IMG/VR virus record: IMGVR_UViG_3300036861_000774
Origin: a virus
DNA length: 57,073 nt
Strand: one strand, 5' to 3'
The notes below the pieces were generated by a model. The model was not told the origin of the DNA. It saw only the letters and a program-made list of their open reading frames with translations, and searched no databases. Every line of letters begins with the position of its first letter. Position 1 is the first letter of the stretch. The translations under genes and the position numbers were made by a program. This document shows, one piece after another, positions 16,586 through 26,002 of this stretch.

Positions 16586-16935
16586 GCCCCTGCCCGAGCA
16601 CGCACGGCGGTGCCGGCTACTCGGTCGGCACGTACTGGGACGGCACCGCGCTGATCTGTGGCCTGTGCGGCGCGCGCATCGAGAACCCGCAACCGACGGG
16701 CAGCCGAGAAATCTACCGATCCACGGTGGTGTGGTGGAAGCCGTGGACGTGGCTCCGTCAGGAAATGATCACCACCGCCCTCTGGCCTGACTTCATCGGC
16801 CAGCCTCCGATCACGGGAGAGTGGTGTCACTGCCGCTGCCTGCACCGCAACTGCAAATCTGTCCTATCGATCGGCCCGAATGACTCCCACAAGCACTATC
16901 CCGGGCTCCCGTGCCCCCTACAGTGCCCCCGATGA
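16582..16935 (+). CDS. Hypothetical Cys/Trp-rich protein (117 aa)
   Basis: The ORF is translationally coupled on both sides. Confidence 0.45.
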   Translation: MSPCPSTHGGAGYSVGTYWDGTALICGLCGARIENPQPTGSREIYRSTVVWWKPWTWLRQEMITTALWPDFIGQPPITGEWCHCRCLHRNCKSVLSIGPNDSHKHYPGLPCPLQCPR

Positions 16936-17405
16936 GCCTCGCCAGCTTCCTGAAGCGACGAGCGCGTCCGCACGACTGGCTGGCGCACGAAACCGGCCGC
17001 TCGCTACCGCAGTGGCTACGCTACGTCGAGGACCGCATCGCGGCCCATACGACGCCGCCCGATGATCCGAACCACGGCCACACCGACTCGTCTTGGATTG
17101 CGGATCTCGTGCTCGAAATCAAGCGCCTCGGGACGATCGGGAAGCGGCCCTTCGACGAAAACATGCGCATCTCGCGCATCACGGGCCTGATTCTCTGCGC
17201 GTGGTATGCGCACGTGCACCGCGCGAAAGTAATGGACCCGAGACGGCCGATCGCGCTGCGCCGCGAAGCCTATGAGCGCCGGCAGTCCTGGCTCGCCGAA
17301 CTCGCTCTCGCCCTGCACGATGAGCGGCACGACCCAGAGCTCTGGCCCGATCAGGAATGGGAGTCGCCGTTCCTGCCGAATGCGAGGAACGGAGACTTCG
17401 TGTGA
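16932..17405 (+). CDS. Hypothetical protein (157 aa)
   Basis: ATGA overlap at 16932 and GTGA overlap with the portal start. Confidence 0.5.
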   Translation: MSLASFLKRRARPHDWLAHETGRSLPQWLRYVEDRIAAHTTPPDDPNHGHTDSSWIADLVLEIKRLGTIGKRPFDENMRISRITGLILCAWYAHVHRAKVMDPRRPIALRREAYERRQSWLAELALALHDERHDPELWPDQEWESPFLPNARNGDFV

Positions 17406-18760
17406 GCCTGGTCAGCCGCGTCCGCTCCTACTTCCGCCCCGCGCCGTCGCCGCCTCCGCCATCGGCCGGCGAGGTCGCCTTCGCCGATCCGCGCCGGCTG
17501 TTCCCCTCCGGCTACTCGACGCCGTACAACCCGTCGGCGCTCGTCCGCGGCCGCGGCATGCGCATTTTCGAGGAAATGCGCAAGGATGATCAGGTCAAAG
17601 CGGCGCTCGCATTCAAAAAACACACGGTGATCGCGACCGGATGGACGGTGTCGAGCCCGGAAGGGCAGCCCGATGATTGGGAGCCAACGCGATTCGTGCG
17701 ATGGGTCCTGGAGAATCTTGACCCCACGGAGATCGGGAGCGTCACGCTCGACGGGGATTTGTATGAAGTCTTGGGGGCCCTCGACTTCGGCTTCAGTCTC
17801 ACCGAAAAGATCTGGGCGCCCATCGAATTCGGCGAGTTTTCGGGGAAAATCGGCCTGAAAAGCCTGAAAACGCGGGCACCGCATGACTTCCGCTTCGAGC
17901 AAGACGTCTACGGCAATCTGAATCCTGACGGGATCGTGCAGCCGGCAAACCCGAACTTTCCGGGCGGCAAGCTTCCCAGAGAGAAGTTCGCGCTCTTTAC
18001 GTACCAGTCTGAATTCGGCAATCCGTACGGGAGTTCGGATCTCGAAGCTGCGTATTTCCCATGGTGGATCAAGTCCAACGCCCAAAAATGGCTCGCGATG
18101 CTGCTCGAACGGCTCGGAATCCCCCCGATCTTTGGCCTCTACAATCCGAATATGTACAGCGGCGGGGCCGTTATCGATGAACTGAAGAAAGTGATGCAAA
18201 ACCTCCAGGCTGCGACGTTCGGCGTGATTCCGCGGCCGACGAAAGACGCGCTGGAGTTCTGGGCACCGGAACTCGCGGGGCAAGCGACGCGCGTCTTCAT
18301 CCCCTCGATGGAGTATCTGAACAACGCGATCGCCCGGGCGTTGCTCATGCCGGGGCTCTTGGGGATGACGTCGGACACTGCCGAGGGGTCGTTTGCCCGC
18401 GCGAAGGTCCATTTTGACGTCTTCATGCTGGTCGTCGAGAAGATTCGGAAGGATCTTGAGCTCGTCGTGATGATGCACCAGATCGTGCGCCCGCTGGTCG
18501 ATCTGAACTATCCTGGGATCGCGGAGTATCCGCTCTGGCGGTTCATGCCGTTGACCGATGATCTGCGGATCGAGCTGCTCGACCGGTGGGAGAAACTTGT
18601 CAACGCGAAGGTCGTGGTCCCGCAACAGGACGACGAGCCCTACATCAGAAAACTGGTGAAGTTTCCCGAGAAAAAACCGGGCACGGAGATTCCTATCGAG
18701 GAGCCTGCGGCCTCGAACGGACGCGCTGCTGAGGCGGTCACGACGGAAGGCGAGGCGTGA
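17402..18760 (+). CDS. Portal protein (Mu gp29 / DUF935-like)
   Basis: It lies downstream of the large terminase gene. FEEMRKDDQVKAALAFKKHTVIATGWTV matches the DUF935 N-terminal signature. It is about 450 aa. Confidence 0.7.
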   Translation: MSLVSRVRSYFRPAPSPPPPSAGEVAFADPRRLFPSGYSTPYNPSALVRGRGMRIFEEMRKDDQVKAALAFKKHTVIATGWTVSSPEGQPDDWEPTRFVRWVLENLDPTEIGSVTLDGDLYEVLGALDFGFSLTEKIWAPIEFGEFSGKIGLKSLKTRAPHDFRFEQDVYGNLNPDGIVQPANPNFPGGKLPREKFALFTYQSEFGNPYGSSDLEAAYFPWWIKSNAQKWLAMLLERLGIPPIFGLYNPNMYSGGAVIDELKKVMQNLQAATFGVIPRPTKDALEFWAPELAGQATRVFIPSMEYLNNAIARALLMPGLLGMTSDTAEGSFARAKVHFDVFMLVVEKIRKDLELVVMMHQIVRPLVDLNYPGIAEYPLWRFMPLTDDLRIELLDRWEKLVNAKVVVPQQDDEPYIRKLVKFPEKKPGTEIPIEEPAASNGRAAEAVTTEGEA

Positions 18761-18957
18761 TGGCGACGGAGTTCAACGATCTCGTCCCGCTGACGGAGAT
18801 CGCTCGGCGTCTGGAACTCCATCCGAAAACGGTGAAACGTCTGCACCGTGGCGAAGGTCTCCCGCTGATCCGCTTGACCGACGGCGGCCCCTACTACGGC
18901 TTCTGGTCCTCCGTGCAGGCGTGGGCTCGCAAACGAGGGGATATCGTGAAAACCTGA
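18757..18957 (+). CDS. Excisionase/MerR-type helix-turn-helix DNA-binding protein
   Basis: LVPLTEIARRLELHPKTVKRLHRGEGLPLIRL fits the excisionase-family HTH pattern. It is coupled to the portal stop. Confidence 0.55.
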   Translation: MMATEFNDLVPLTEIARRLELHPKTVKRLHRGEGLPLIRLTDGGPYYGFWSSVQAWARKRGDIVKT

Positions 18958-19076
18958 CCTCGTGTCAAGGGTATAAATCGGAATCTAGCGGCACAACCCC
19001 CCCCTCCAACCGGAACATCTCGGCTTTCCTGAAAATCGACCCTTTACGGTAGTAGCGGCATGGGCACTGTGCTCGA

Positions 19077-20609
19077 TTGCAGGTGAGCGCCGTCGCGACC
19101 TACGTCATCGAAAAACGCGGCGAGAAATGGTGTCTGCTTACCCATGACCGCAGTCGCGTCCTCGGTTGTCACGATAGCCAGGCGGACGCCGAAGCCCAGG
19201 AACGCGCCGTCCAGGCGCGCAAACACGCCGAAAAGGACCTCTACACGGTTCCCGCGGTCGAGATCTTCCGCACCGGCAAGTGGAACGGGGATGACTACAG
19301 CACACAGGACCTCGACGCGATGGTCGCTGCGGCCTCGACCGTTGGGTTCACGCCGCCGATCAAGGCGGGGCATGAGGACGCGGGCGGGAAGCCCGCGCTC
19401 GGCTGGGTCGAGAACCTCCGGCGGGTTGGCTCGACGCTCGTGGCCGATCTGGTCGCGCTGCCGAAGAAGGTGTACGACGCGATCAAGCGGCGCTCGTACG
19501 ATCGCGTGTCGGCCGAGATCTACTGGGATCTGGAGCGCAACGGCCAGACCTTCCCGCGCGTCCTGAAGGCGCTGGCCCTGCTCGGCGCCGAGATTCCGGC
19601 GGTTGATCTCCAGCCGCTCCACGCGTTTCTGTCGATGCCGCCGATGCCGTCCCTTCCCGCCGCGAAGTTTGCGACCTACGCGGTGGATCTGAAAGCGCAC
19701 GCGGTCGTCATCACCCGGGAGCAGATGGCCGCGCTTTGTCCCGAGTGCGCCACGCAGATGACGGCAAAGAAGATCACGGCGCTGCGGATTCCGCGTGACG
19801 ACGCTGGGACCTATGACTTCGCGGAGGCGTTCAAGCCTTACGCGGGTTTCTCGGACGCGCTCTGCGAGAAATTCTCCCCGGCCGAGGGGTTCCGGACACG
19901 CTGCGCCGGCACCATGGCGGCCAATGTGGACGATGCCGAAGCGTTCTGTAACAGCCTCAAAGAGTGGTGCGGCCTCATGGCCGAGCGCCGGAGGGCGAAG
20001 ATGGCCGACGACAACAAGGACCAGGCGATCGCGGATCTCACGGCCGAGGTGGCCCAGCTCAAGCAGCAATTGCAGGCCAAGGACGGCGAGATCGTGGTGC
20101 CCCTCACGCAGCTGAAGGAGATGCAGGAGAAGATCGCTCGCCTCGAGCCGCTGGAGGCCGTTGAAGTCAAGCTCCAGCAGAAAGAAACCGAGCTCGACGA
20201 GGTCCAGGAGCAGCATCGCCGGGAGCGGGTGGCGCACAAGGTGGCGGGCCTGAAGATCCCCGCCCTGCGATCCTTCGCTCGGGTGTTCTACGACCTGGCG
20301 TTGCACACCAACGGCGCTCGGACCTACACGCTTCTCGGTGAGGGCAAGAAGCAACTGAGCGCCGAGGACATCGTCGACGCCTGGATCGGCGAGATGAACC
20401 AGAAAGCCGACTGGCTGTTCCAGACGTTCTCGACGAAGTCGAAGCCGGTGGACACCGACGAGCCGGATGAGCCCGGAGCCCGGGTGGCCTATCGCGTTCA
20501 GAAGTACCTCGAGCAGAACAAACTCGATCGCGTGAAGGACTACCGCAAGGCGCTCACCACCGTGCTCGATGCGGACCCAGAACTGAAGCTGGCCTACAGC
20601 ACCTCGTAG
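19077..20609 (+). CDS. Prohead protease / scaffolding fusion (Mu gpI-like)
   Basis: The N-terminus PPIKAGHEDAGGKPALGWVENLRRVGSTLVADL ... YDRVSAEIYW resembles the Mu I protease domain. The C-terminus is a long coiled coil (AEVAQLKQQLQAKDGE ...). The start is either TTG 19077 or GTG 19083. Confidence 0.55.
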   Translation: MQVSAVATYVIEKRGEKWCLLTHDRSRVLGCHDSQADAEAQERAVQARKHAEKDLYTVPAVEIFRTGKWNGDDYSTQDLDAMVAAASTVGFTPPIKAGHEDAGGKPALGWVENLRRVGSTLVADLVALPKKVYDAIKRRSYDRVSAEIYWDLERNGQTFPRVLKALALLGAEIPAVDLQPLHAFLSMPPMPSLPAAKFATYAVDLKAHAVVITREQMAALCPECATQMTAKKITALRIPRDDAGTYDFAEAFKPYAGFSDALCEKFSPAEGFRTRCAGTMAANVDDAEAFCNSLKEWCGLMAERRRAKMADDNKDQAIADLTAEVAQLKQQLQAKDGEIVVPLTQLKEMQEKIARLEPLEAVEVKLQQKETELDEVQEQHRRERVAHKVAGLKIPALRSFARVFYDLALHTNGARTYTLLGEGKKQLSAEDIVDAWIGEMNQKADWLFQTFSTKSKPVDTDEPDEPGARVAYRVQKYLEQNKLDRVKDYRKALTTVLDADPELKLAYSTS

Positions 20610-20624
20610 GGGAGGGACTAACAG

Positions 20625-21014
20625 ATGGCGGAATTTGGCGCTCCGGAACTCCTCACGTTGACGCTGGAGGCGGCGGCCGATCTGAGCGCGGTCCAGTACC
20701 ACGTCGTGCGCCATTCGGCGGCTCAGAAGTGCAACGTGGCCAGTGACGCCACCAACAGCGGCGTCCTCGGGATTCTTCAGACGAAGCCGAAGTCGGGCGA
20801 GTTCGGTACGGTGGCCGTCGGGGGCAAATCCAAGGCCGTCGCGGGAGCGGCGATCACACTGCCGGCAGTCATCACGCATAACAGCAGTGGGCGGGTGGCG
20901 ACGGTCACGTCCGGTCAGATGGCGATCGGCCGGGCGCTCGAAGCCGCCTCGGCTGATGGCGACATCATCACCGTCCTCCTGTTCCAGCCGGTGCGCTGGG
21001 CGGGCGCGGCGTAA
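20625..21014 (+). CDS. Head decoration-like protein (DUF2190-like)
   Basis: A 129-aa Gly/Ala/Val-rich beta-type protein directly upstream of the capsid gene. GGGGAGGG lies upstream. Confidence 0.55.
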   Translation: MAEFGAPELLTLTLEAAADLSAVQYHVVRHSAAQKCNVASDATNSGVLGILQTKPKSGEFGTVAVGGKSKAVAGAAITLPAVITHNSSGRVATVTSGQMAIGRALEAASADGDIITVLLFQPVRWAGAA

Positions 21015-21025
21015 GGGGGCCGATT

Positions 21026-21994
21026 ATGGAGAAGCGCTACGCCGTCGCCGCCGCCAGTGGACGGGACGCCCATCTCGACGCACCGCTGACCAACCTCGCG
21101 GTCGCGGCCTTCGCCTCCGGGGCGGAGGGCTACATCGCCTCCCAGATCTTCCCGGCCGTTCCCGTGGACAAGCAGTCGAACCGCTACTACATCATCGATC
21201 CGGACTCGTGGCTCCGCGTGCCGGACACCCGGAGAGCGCCCAAGACCCGACCGAATCGTATCGAGTTCAAGGTGTCCTCGGACGCCTACTTCGCGAACAA
21301 CTACGCGTTGGCGGGCGACATCGCGAAGGAGGATCTCGCCAACGCCGATCGCGCGCTCCAGGTTCGTGAGAACACCACGAACATCGTGCTCCAGTCGCTC
21401 CTGCAAGACTTCGAGGTCCGGGTCGCGAACCAGGTGACCTCGGCCACCAACGTCGGCTCGGGTGTGACCGTCTCCAGCAAGTGGAGCGATCTCACGAACT
21501 CCAACCCGCTCGTCGACGTGACGACGGCGATCGCCTTCATTCGACAGACGACCGGTATCATGCCGAACACCCTGGTGGTCGACGAGGATACCTACCAGGT
21601 GCTCCGACGCCATTCGAAGCTCCTGGAGCTGTATAAGTACACGTCCGGTGGCCTGCTCGGTGACGACCAGATCGCCGCAGCGATGGGCGTGACGCGTCTG
21701 CTCCGCGGGCGCGGCATCGTGAACCGGGCCCTCGAAGGTCAGACGGCCTCGATGGTCAATATCTGGGGCAACAACGCCTTGCTGGCCTACGTGCAGCCGG
21801 GGCTCAGCATGATGACGGCCACGCTGGGGCTGGCCCTTCAGTGGACGCCGGAGGGCATCCCGGGCCCGATGGCCGTCTATCGCTACGACGATCCGGACCC
21901 CGGAAAAAAGGTGGAGACGGTCGAAGCCTGTTACTACCAGGCCGAAAAGATCGTCGGCAAGAACCTCGGCTATCTGATGGTGGCGCCGAGATAA
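21026..21994 (+). CDS. Major capsid protein
   Basis: Called from its position after the protease and decoration genes, its size (322 aa), and the N-terminal signature YIASQIFPAVPVDKQSNRYYI seen in E-type/HK97-fold capsid proteins. Confidence 0.7.
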   Translation: MEKRYAVAAASGRDAHLDAPLTNLAVAAFASGAEGYIASQIFPAVPVDKQSNRYYIIDPDSWLRVPDTRRAPKTRPNRIEFKVSSDAYFANNYALAGDIAKEDLANADRALQVRENTTNIVLQSLLQDFEVRVANQVTSATNVGSGVTVSSKWSDLTNSNPLVDVTTAIAFIRQTTGIMPNTLVVDEDTYQVLRRHSKLLELYKYTSGGLLGDDQIAAAMGVTRLLRGRGIVNRALEGQTASMVNIWGNNALLAYVQPGLSMMTATLGLALQWTPEGIPGPMAVYRYDDPDPGKKVETVEACYYQAEKIVGKNLGYLMVAPR

Positions 21995-22194
21995 TGCAGC
22001 GCGTCTTCATCAGGCAGACTGCCGACTTTAGGGTCGGTGACCTGAGCCCAGAAAACTGGTCCGACCCGCAGTGGGAGTCGTTTCAGCGCGCCCATGGTCC
22101 GCAGGAGACGTATTCGGTTACCGTGGAGGAGGCTCAGAAGGTTGGCGCCGAGACCATCGCGGCTCAGCGTGGTCGGCGTGGACCGCGCCCGTAG
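21994..22194 (+). CDS. Hypothetical head-module protein (66 aa)
   Basis: TAATG coupling to the capsid gene stop. Confidence 0.4.
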   Translation: MQRVFIRQTADFRVGDLSPENWSDPQWESFQRAHGPQETYSVTVEEAQKVGAETIAAQRGRRGPRP

Positions 22195-22203
22195 GGCGGC
22201 GCC

Positions 22204-22542
22204 ATGATCACGTACCCCACGATCCCGCTGAGCGGGACCGTGACCGACGTCATCGACGTCTCGCAGGCCCGCGACAACCTTGGGCTGTGGATTCCGACGA
22301 TCACCAGTGGGCAGGTATTGCTTCGCGGCTCATTCGATCAGACGTCGGCCAACTTCGTGCCCGTCTTCAACCCGAATGCGACCCCGATCTCGTCCCGCTG
22401 GTACGTGGATGCGGCGGCGGGCAACCTCACCCTGGCCATCGACTGGCAGGCCGTCACGTTTCCGTTCATCAAGCTGGAGACGTCGGTAGTTCAGGCCGCC
22501 GTCCGTTCGTTCGCCGTGTTTAGCAAGGGGGCCGGGGCGTGA
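22204..22542 (+). CDS. Hypothetical head-module protein (112 aa)
   Basis: A good ORF with GTGA coupling to the next gene. Confidence 0.45.
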   Translation: MITYPTIPLSGTVTDVIDVSQARDNLGLWIPTITSGQVLLRGSFDQTSANFVPVFNPNATPISSRWYVDAAAGNLTLAIDWQAVTFPFIKLETSVVQAAVRSFAVFSKGAGA

Positions 22543-25475
22543 CGGGCCTCGATATTTGTCTCCTTGTGTCAGGGCTGCCGTTTCAAGGCGATAGCCTGGA
22601 GAAAAAAAGCCTTGGGGGCGCGGAAACGGCCGGGCTTTGCCTGGCGCGGGAGCTCGCCCGTCTGGGTCATCACGTCATGATGTTCACGAACGGTGGATCC
22701 GGCGGCGTCTACGACGGGGTCGTGTATCGATCGGTCCACGAATTCACCGATTACGCCACCTCGGCGCCCCATGACGTGACCATTGTCCAGCGGCTCCCGC
22801 AAGGGTTTGCCACGAGGATGGCGAGCCGGCTCAACGTGCTCTGGTGCCACGATCTGGCGCTGGTGCGCCAGGCCGCGACCTTCAAGGCCGTGCTCTGGAA
22901 CGTCGACCGCGTGGCCGTCTTGTCGAAGTTCATGGCGGAACAGTACCGCGAGGTCTACGGCATCCCCGACGAGGTGCTCTGGACCACGCGGAACGGGATC
23001 GATCTGACCCTCTTCGATGGGTTGCACGATCGCCCGCGCGATCGCTGCACGCCGCTCGTCTACGGAGCTCGCCCGGAGCGCGGGATCGACGTGCTGTTGA
23101 CGACGATCTTTCCGCGTCTGCTCCGCGAGGAGCCGGGTCTCACGCTGAAAATCGCGACCTACGATAATCCGGTCCCTAATCTCCGCCCCTTCTACGACAA
23201 CGTTAACGCCCTGATCGAGCGGTTTGGGGACCGGATCGTCTTCCTTGGATCGCTCCCGAAGCGCCAGTATTACGAGCATCTTGCGACTGCCGGCGTGTAC
23301 GTGTATCCGACGCCCTCGCCGGCCGAACCGATGTTCGCCGAGATTTCCTGCATTACCGCCATGGAGTGCCAGGCGGCAGGGTTGCCGATCGTGACGAGTC
23401 GCCGCGGCGCGCTTCCAGAGACGATCGCGCCCGCTGCGGGGGTCTTGATCGACGGCGAGCCGGGCACGGAGGCGTACGCCGATGCATTCTGTGACGCTGT
23501 CCTGCGCTACGTGCGTGACGACGCGTTCTGGCGCGCGGCCTCCACCGCTGGGCGCGAGCGCGCGTCCTCGCTCGACTGGCGCGGGGTTGCCGAGGAATGG
23601 TCGGACGAATTCCATCGACTGATCCGGACGCGGAACGAGAGTCCACATCGACTCGTTCATCATTTCATCAAGCGGTCTGACATCATGGCGGCGCAGGCGG
23701 TCCTCGATCGCGAACTCGCCGAAGCGCCAGTTCTGATTGAGTCCGGGTGGCTCAAGCGACGCGAACCATTCGTAGAGCTCCGCGACCGCATCGCGCGCGA
23801 CTGGGCCTTCAGCTCGACTCGCGACGCGATCCGCGAACAGTACGAGAAGATCGGCCAGACCCATACCGACGTCTTCGAGCAGGTGCCACGCGAGCCCCGG
23901 TTCCAGATGCTGGAGCAGTGGTTCACGGCCCATCCAGAGATCACGCGCGTCCTTGATTTCGGCTGCGCGCATGGGGGCTACGCCGTCAACATGACCAATC
24001 GCGTGGGACGGGAATGGGTCGGAGTCGACGTCGACAAGTATTCGATCGAATGGTGCGAGAAGAATCGCCGGGAACGGTCCACGAATCCCGAAGCGCTCCG
24101 GTTCGTCGTCGGCGACGATCAGGTTGATCTGTCGAACGAAGCGCCCTTCGATTGCCTCCTGCTCTTCGAGATCCTGGAGCACGTGCCCGATCCGACTACG
24201 CTAATCGACCGGCTCGAGCGGTGGGTCAAACCGGACGGCTATGTGTTGATCACCGTGCCCTACGGCCCGTGGGAATGGATGTCGTACGAGACGTATCCCC
24301 ATCGGTGCCATCTCTGGGAATTCGACGCGCATGATCTCCGCGATCTCTTCGGGAAGAAGCGGCAGCGCATCACGCAGGTGATGCGGGCGGGAGCCTGCGA
24401 AGACCTGAATGAGCCGATCGGCTGGAACATCATCGAATACCGCGTTGACGGCACGCCGACCGGCCGGATCGATATGGAGCGAAAGCTCGCGCTTCAGCGT
24501 CCGCGGGAGACCGTCTCGGCCCTCATGATCGCGGGCCCAAACGCCGAGGAGACGCTCCACTGGTCGCTGCGATCCATCAGGCACGTCGCCGATGAGATCG
24601 TAATCGCCGATACCGGCATGACCGACGAGGCCAGTCGGATCTGCGCGCAGTATCGCGCCCGCATCATTCCAGGCTCGAATCCGACCGAGGCTGGCTTCGA
24701 GACGCCACGGAACGAAGCGCTGGCCCACTGCCGGATGGACTGGGTGCTGTGGATCGACACCGACGAGCGGCTGACCGATCCGCAGAAGCTCCACAAGTAC
24801 CTCCGGACGAACATCTTCCGGGGCTATTCGATCAAGCAACATCATTTCGCGTGCGACACCGCGATTGCGCAAGATCTACCGGTCCGGTGTTTCCGGCGGA
24901 CGCCTGACGCTGAGGGTCGGATGCTCCGGTGGTACGGGATGATCCACGAACATCCCGAGGCCGAGCTGAACAAAGGCCCCGGACTCGCGATCGTGCTGTC
25001 GGATGTGCACATCGCCCATGTCGGGTATCTGATCGAGTCGGGACGGCGCCGACGGTTCGGGCGGAATTGGCCCCTGCTCCAGAAGGACATGGAGAAGTAC
25101 CCGGATCGCATCATTCAGAAACATTTCATCTGCCGGGACAATCTCTTGCTCGCGCAGTGGGAACTTCAGCAGAACGACGGCGTGATGACGCCTGCGATTC
25201 GTGCGCGGCTTGAGGAAGTCAAGCGCCTGTACCGCGAGCACTTCCTCGGCAAAGGGACGTTCCTGGGCACGGATGCATTGCCCTATTACTCCGACGCGCT
25301 CCAGATGCTCGGGGAGGGCGTCGAGGTCGCCTTCGGCGTCGGCGCATCCAAGGAGCCCGGGGCGACCGTCGGGACGCCGATGAAGGCGAGGTTCGCGACG
25401 ATCGAGGAGGCCGAGAAGGAGATTGCGTGGCGCACACGCGAGGCCATGGCGCCCTGGGTGTCGCCATGGTGGTAG
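22539..25475 (+). CDS. Tri-domain enzyme: GT4-type glycosyltransferase, class I SAM methyltransferase and GT2-type glycosyltransferase
   Basis: GT4: GGAETAGLCLARELARLGHHV ... ITAMECQAAGLPIVTSRRGALPE. Methyltransferase: VLDFGCAHGGYAV ... LLFEILEHVPDP ... PDGYVLI. GT2: SALMIAGPNAEETL ... IVIADTGMTD ... VLWIDTDERL. Confidence 0.85.
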   Translation: MTGLDICLLVSGLPFQGDSLEKKSLGGAETAGLCLARELARLGHHVMMFTNGGSGGVYDGVVYRSVHEFTDYATSAPHDVTIVQRLPQGFATRMASRLNVLWCHDLALVRQAATFKAVLWNVDRVAVLSKFMAEQYREVYGIPDEVLWTTRNGIDLTLFDGLHDRPRDRCTPLVYGARPERGIDVLLTTIFPRLLREEPGLTLKIATYDNPVPNLRPFYDNVNALIERFGDRIVFLGSLPKRQYYEHLATAGVYVYPTPSPAEPMFAEISCITAMECQAAGLPIVTSRRGALPETIAPAAGVLIDGEPGTEAYADAFCDAVLRYVRDDAFWRAASTAGRERASSLDWRGVAEEWSDEFHRLIRTRNESPHRLVHHFIKRSDIMAAQAVLDRELAEAPVLIESGWLKRREPFVELRDRIARDWAFSSTRDAIREQYEKIGQTHTDVFEQVPREPRFQMLEQWFTAHPEITRVLDFGCAHGGYAVNMTNRVGREWVGVDVDKYSIEWCEKNRRERSTNPEALRFVVGDDQVDLSNEAPFDCLLLFEILEHVPDPTTLIDRLERWVKPDGYVLITVPYGPWEWMSYETYPHRCHLWEFDAHDLRDLFGKKRQRITQVMRAGACEDLNEPIGWNIIEYRVDGTPTGRIDMERKLALQRPRETVSALMIAGPNAEETLHWSLRSIRHVADEIVIADTGMTDEASRICAQYRARIIPGSNPTEAGFETPRNEALAHCRMDWVLWIDTDERLTDPQKLHKYLRTNIFRGYSIKQHHFACDTAIAQDLPVRCFRRTPDAEGRMLRWYGMIHEHPEAELNKGPGLAIVLSDVHIAHVGYLIESGRRRRFGRNWPLLQKDMEKYPDRIIQKHFICRDNLLLAQWELQQNDGVMTPAIRARLEEVKRLYREHFLGKGTFLGTDALPYYSDALQMLGEGVEVAFGVGASKEPGATVGTPMKARFATIEEAEKEIAWRTREAMAPWVSPWW

Positions 25476-25486
25476 GGCGGTGAGCG

Positions 25487-26002
25487 ATGCCAGCGACCCT
25501 GCCAGTCTCCTATACGACCACGAGTCTGATGTTCATCACGTTGCCGGATCTCGGCAGCGTGACGACGCTGAGCAGCGCCCACATCGCGACCTTCGCTGGT
25601 GAGGCCGAGTCCGAGATCAATGCCAACATCGCGAGGTATTACGCACTCCCGCTGACGGTTGACGTTCCGCTCCTGACGACCCTCGCGACCGATATCGCGA
25701 TTTACAAGATCTTGACTCGGCGGTTATTCACGGCCGAGCGTCTGGCCGCCAGCCCCTGGCCCGATCGGTACCGGGAATCTATCGCCATGCTGCTCAGGGT
25801 CGCGGCCGGCGAATTGCCACTCGTCGATGCGTCTGGCGCCATGCTTCCCGGACGCACCGATGTGGCCGAGGTGTTCTCGACGACGAAGAACTACAAGCCG
25901 ACGTTCTGGGAAGGCCCGAATCAGTATCAGTGGATCGATCAGCAGAAGGTGGAGGACGAGGCTGCCGCCCGGGACATCACGCTTCGGAACATGGTGCGCT
26001 GA
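25487..26002 (+). CDS. Head-tail connector protein (Mu gp36 / DUF1320-like)
   Basis: AESEINANIARYYALPL ... LATDIAIYKILTRR matches the DUF1320 pattern. Confidence 0.65.
   Translation: MPATLPVSYTTTSLMFITLPDLGSVTTLSSAHIATFAGEAESEINANIARYYALPLTVDVPLLTTLATDIAIYKILTRRLFTAERLAASPWPDRYRESIAMLLRVAAGELPLVDASGAMLPGRTDVAEVFSTTKNYKPTFWEGPNQYQWIDQQKVEDEAAARDITLRNMVR

Noticed and set aside
19044-20879. Very long minus-strand ORFs: 611 aa here, and also 17351..18625, 6243..7541, 22569..24182, 35257..36255 and 14474..15292.
   Set aside because: Each lies fully antisense to a + strand ORF with recognisable domains (protease/scaffold, portal, helicase-methyltransferase fusion, glycosyltransferase, gpJ-like, large terminase). 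Their products are Arg/Pro/Gly/His-rich with no motifs. This is the usual antisense open-frame artefact of high-GC DNA.
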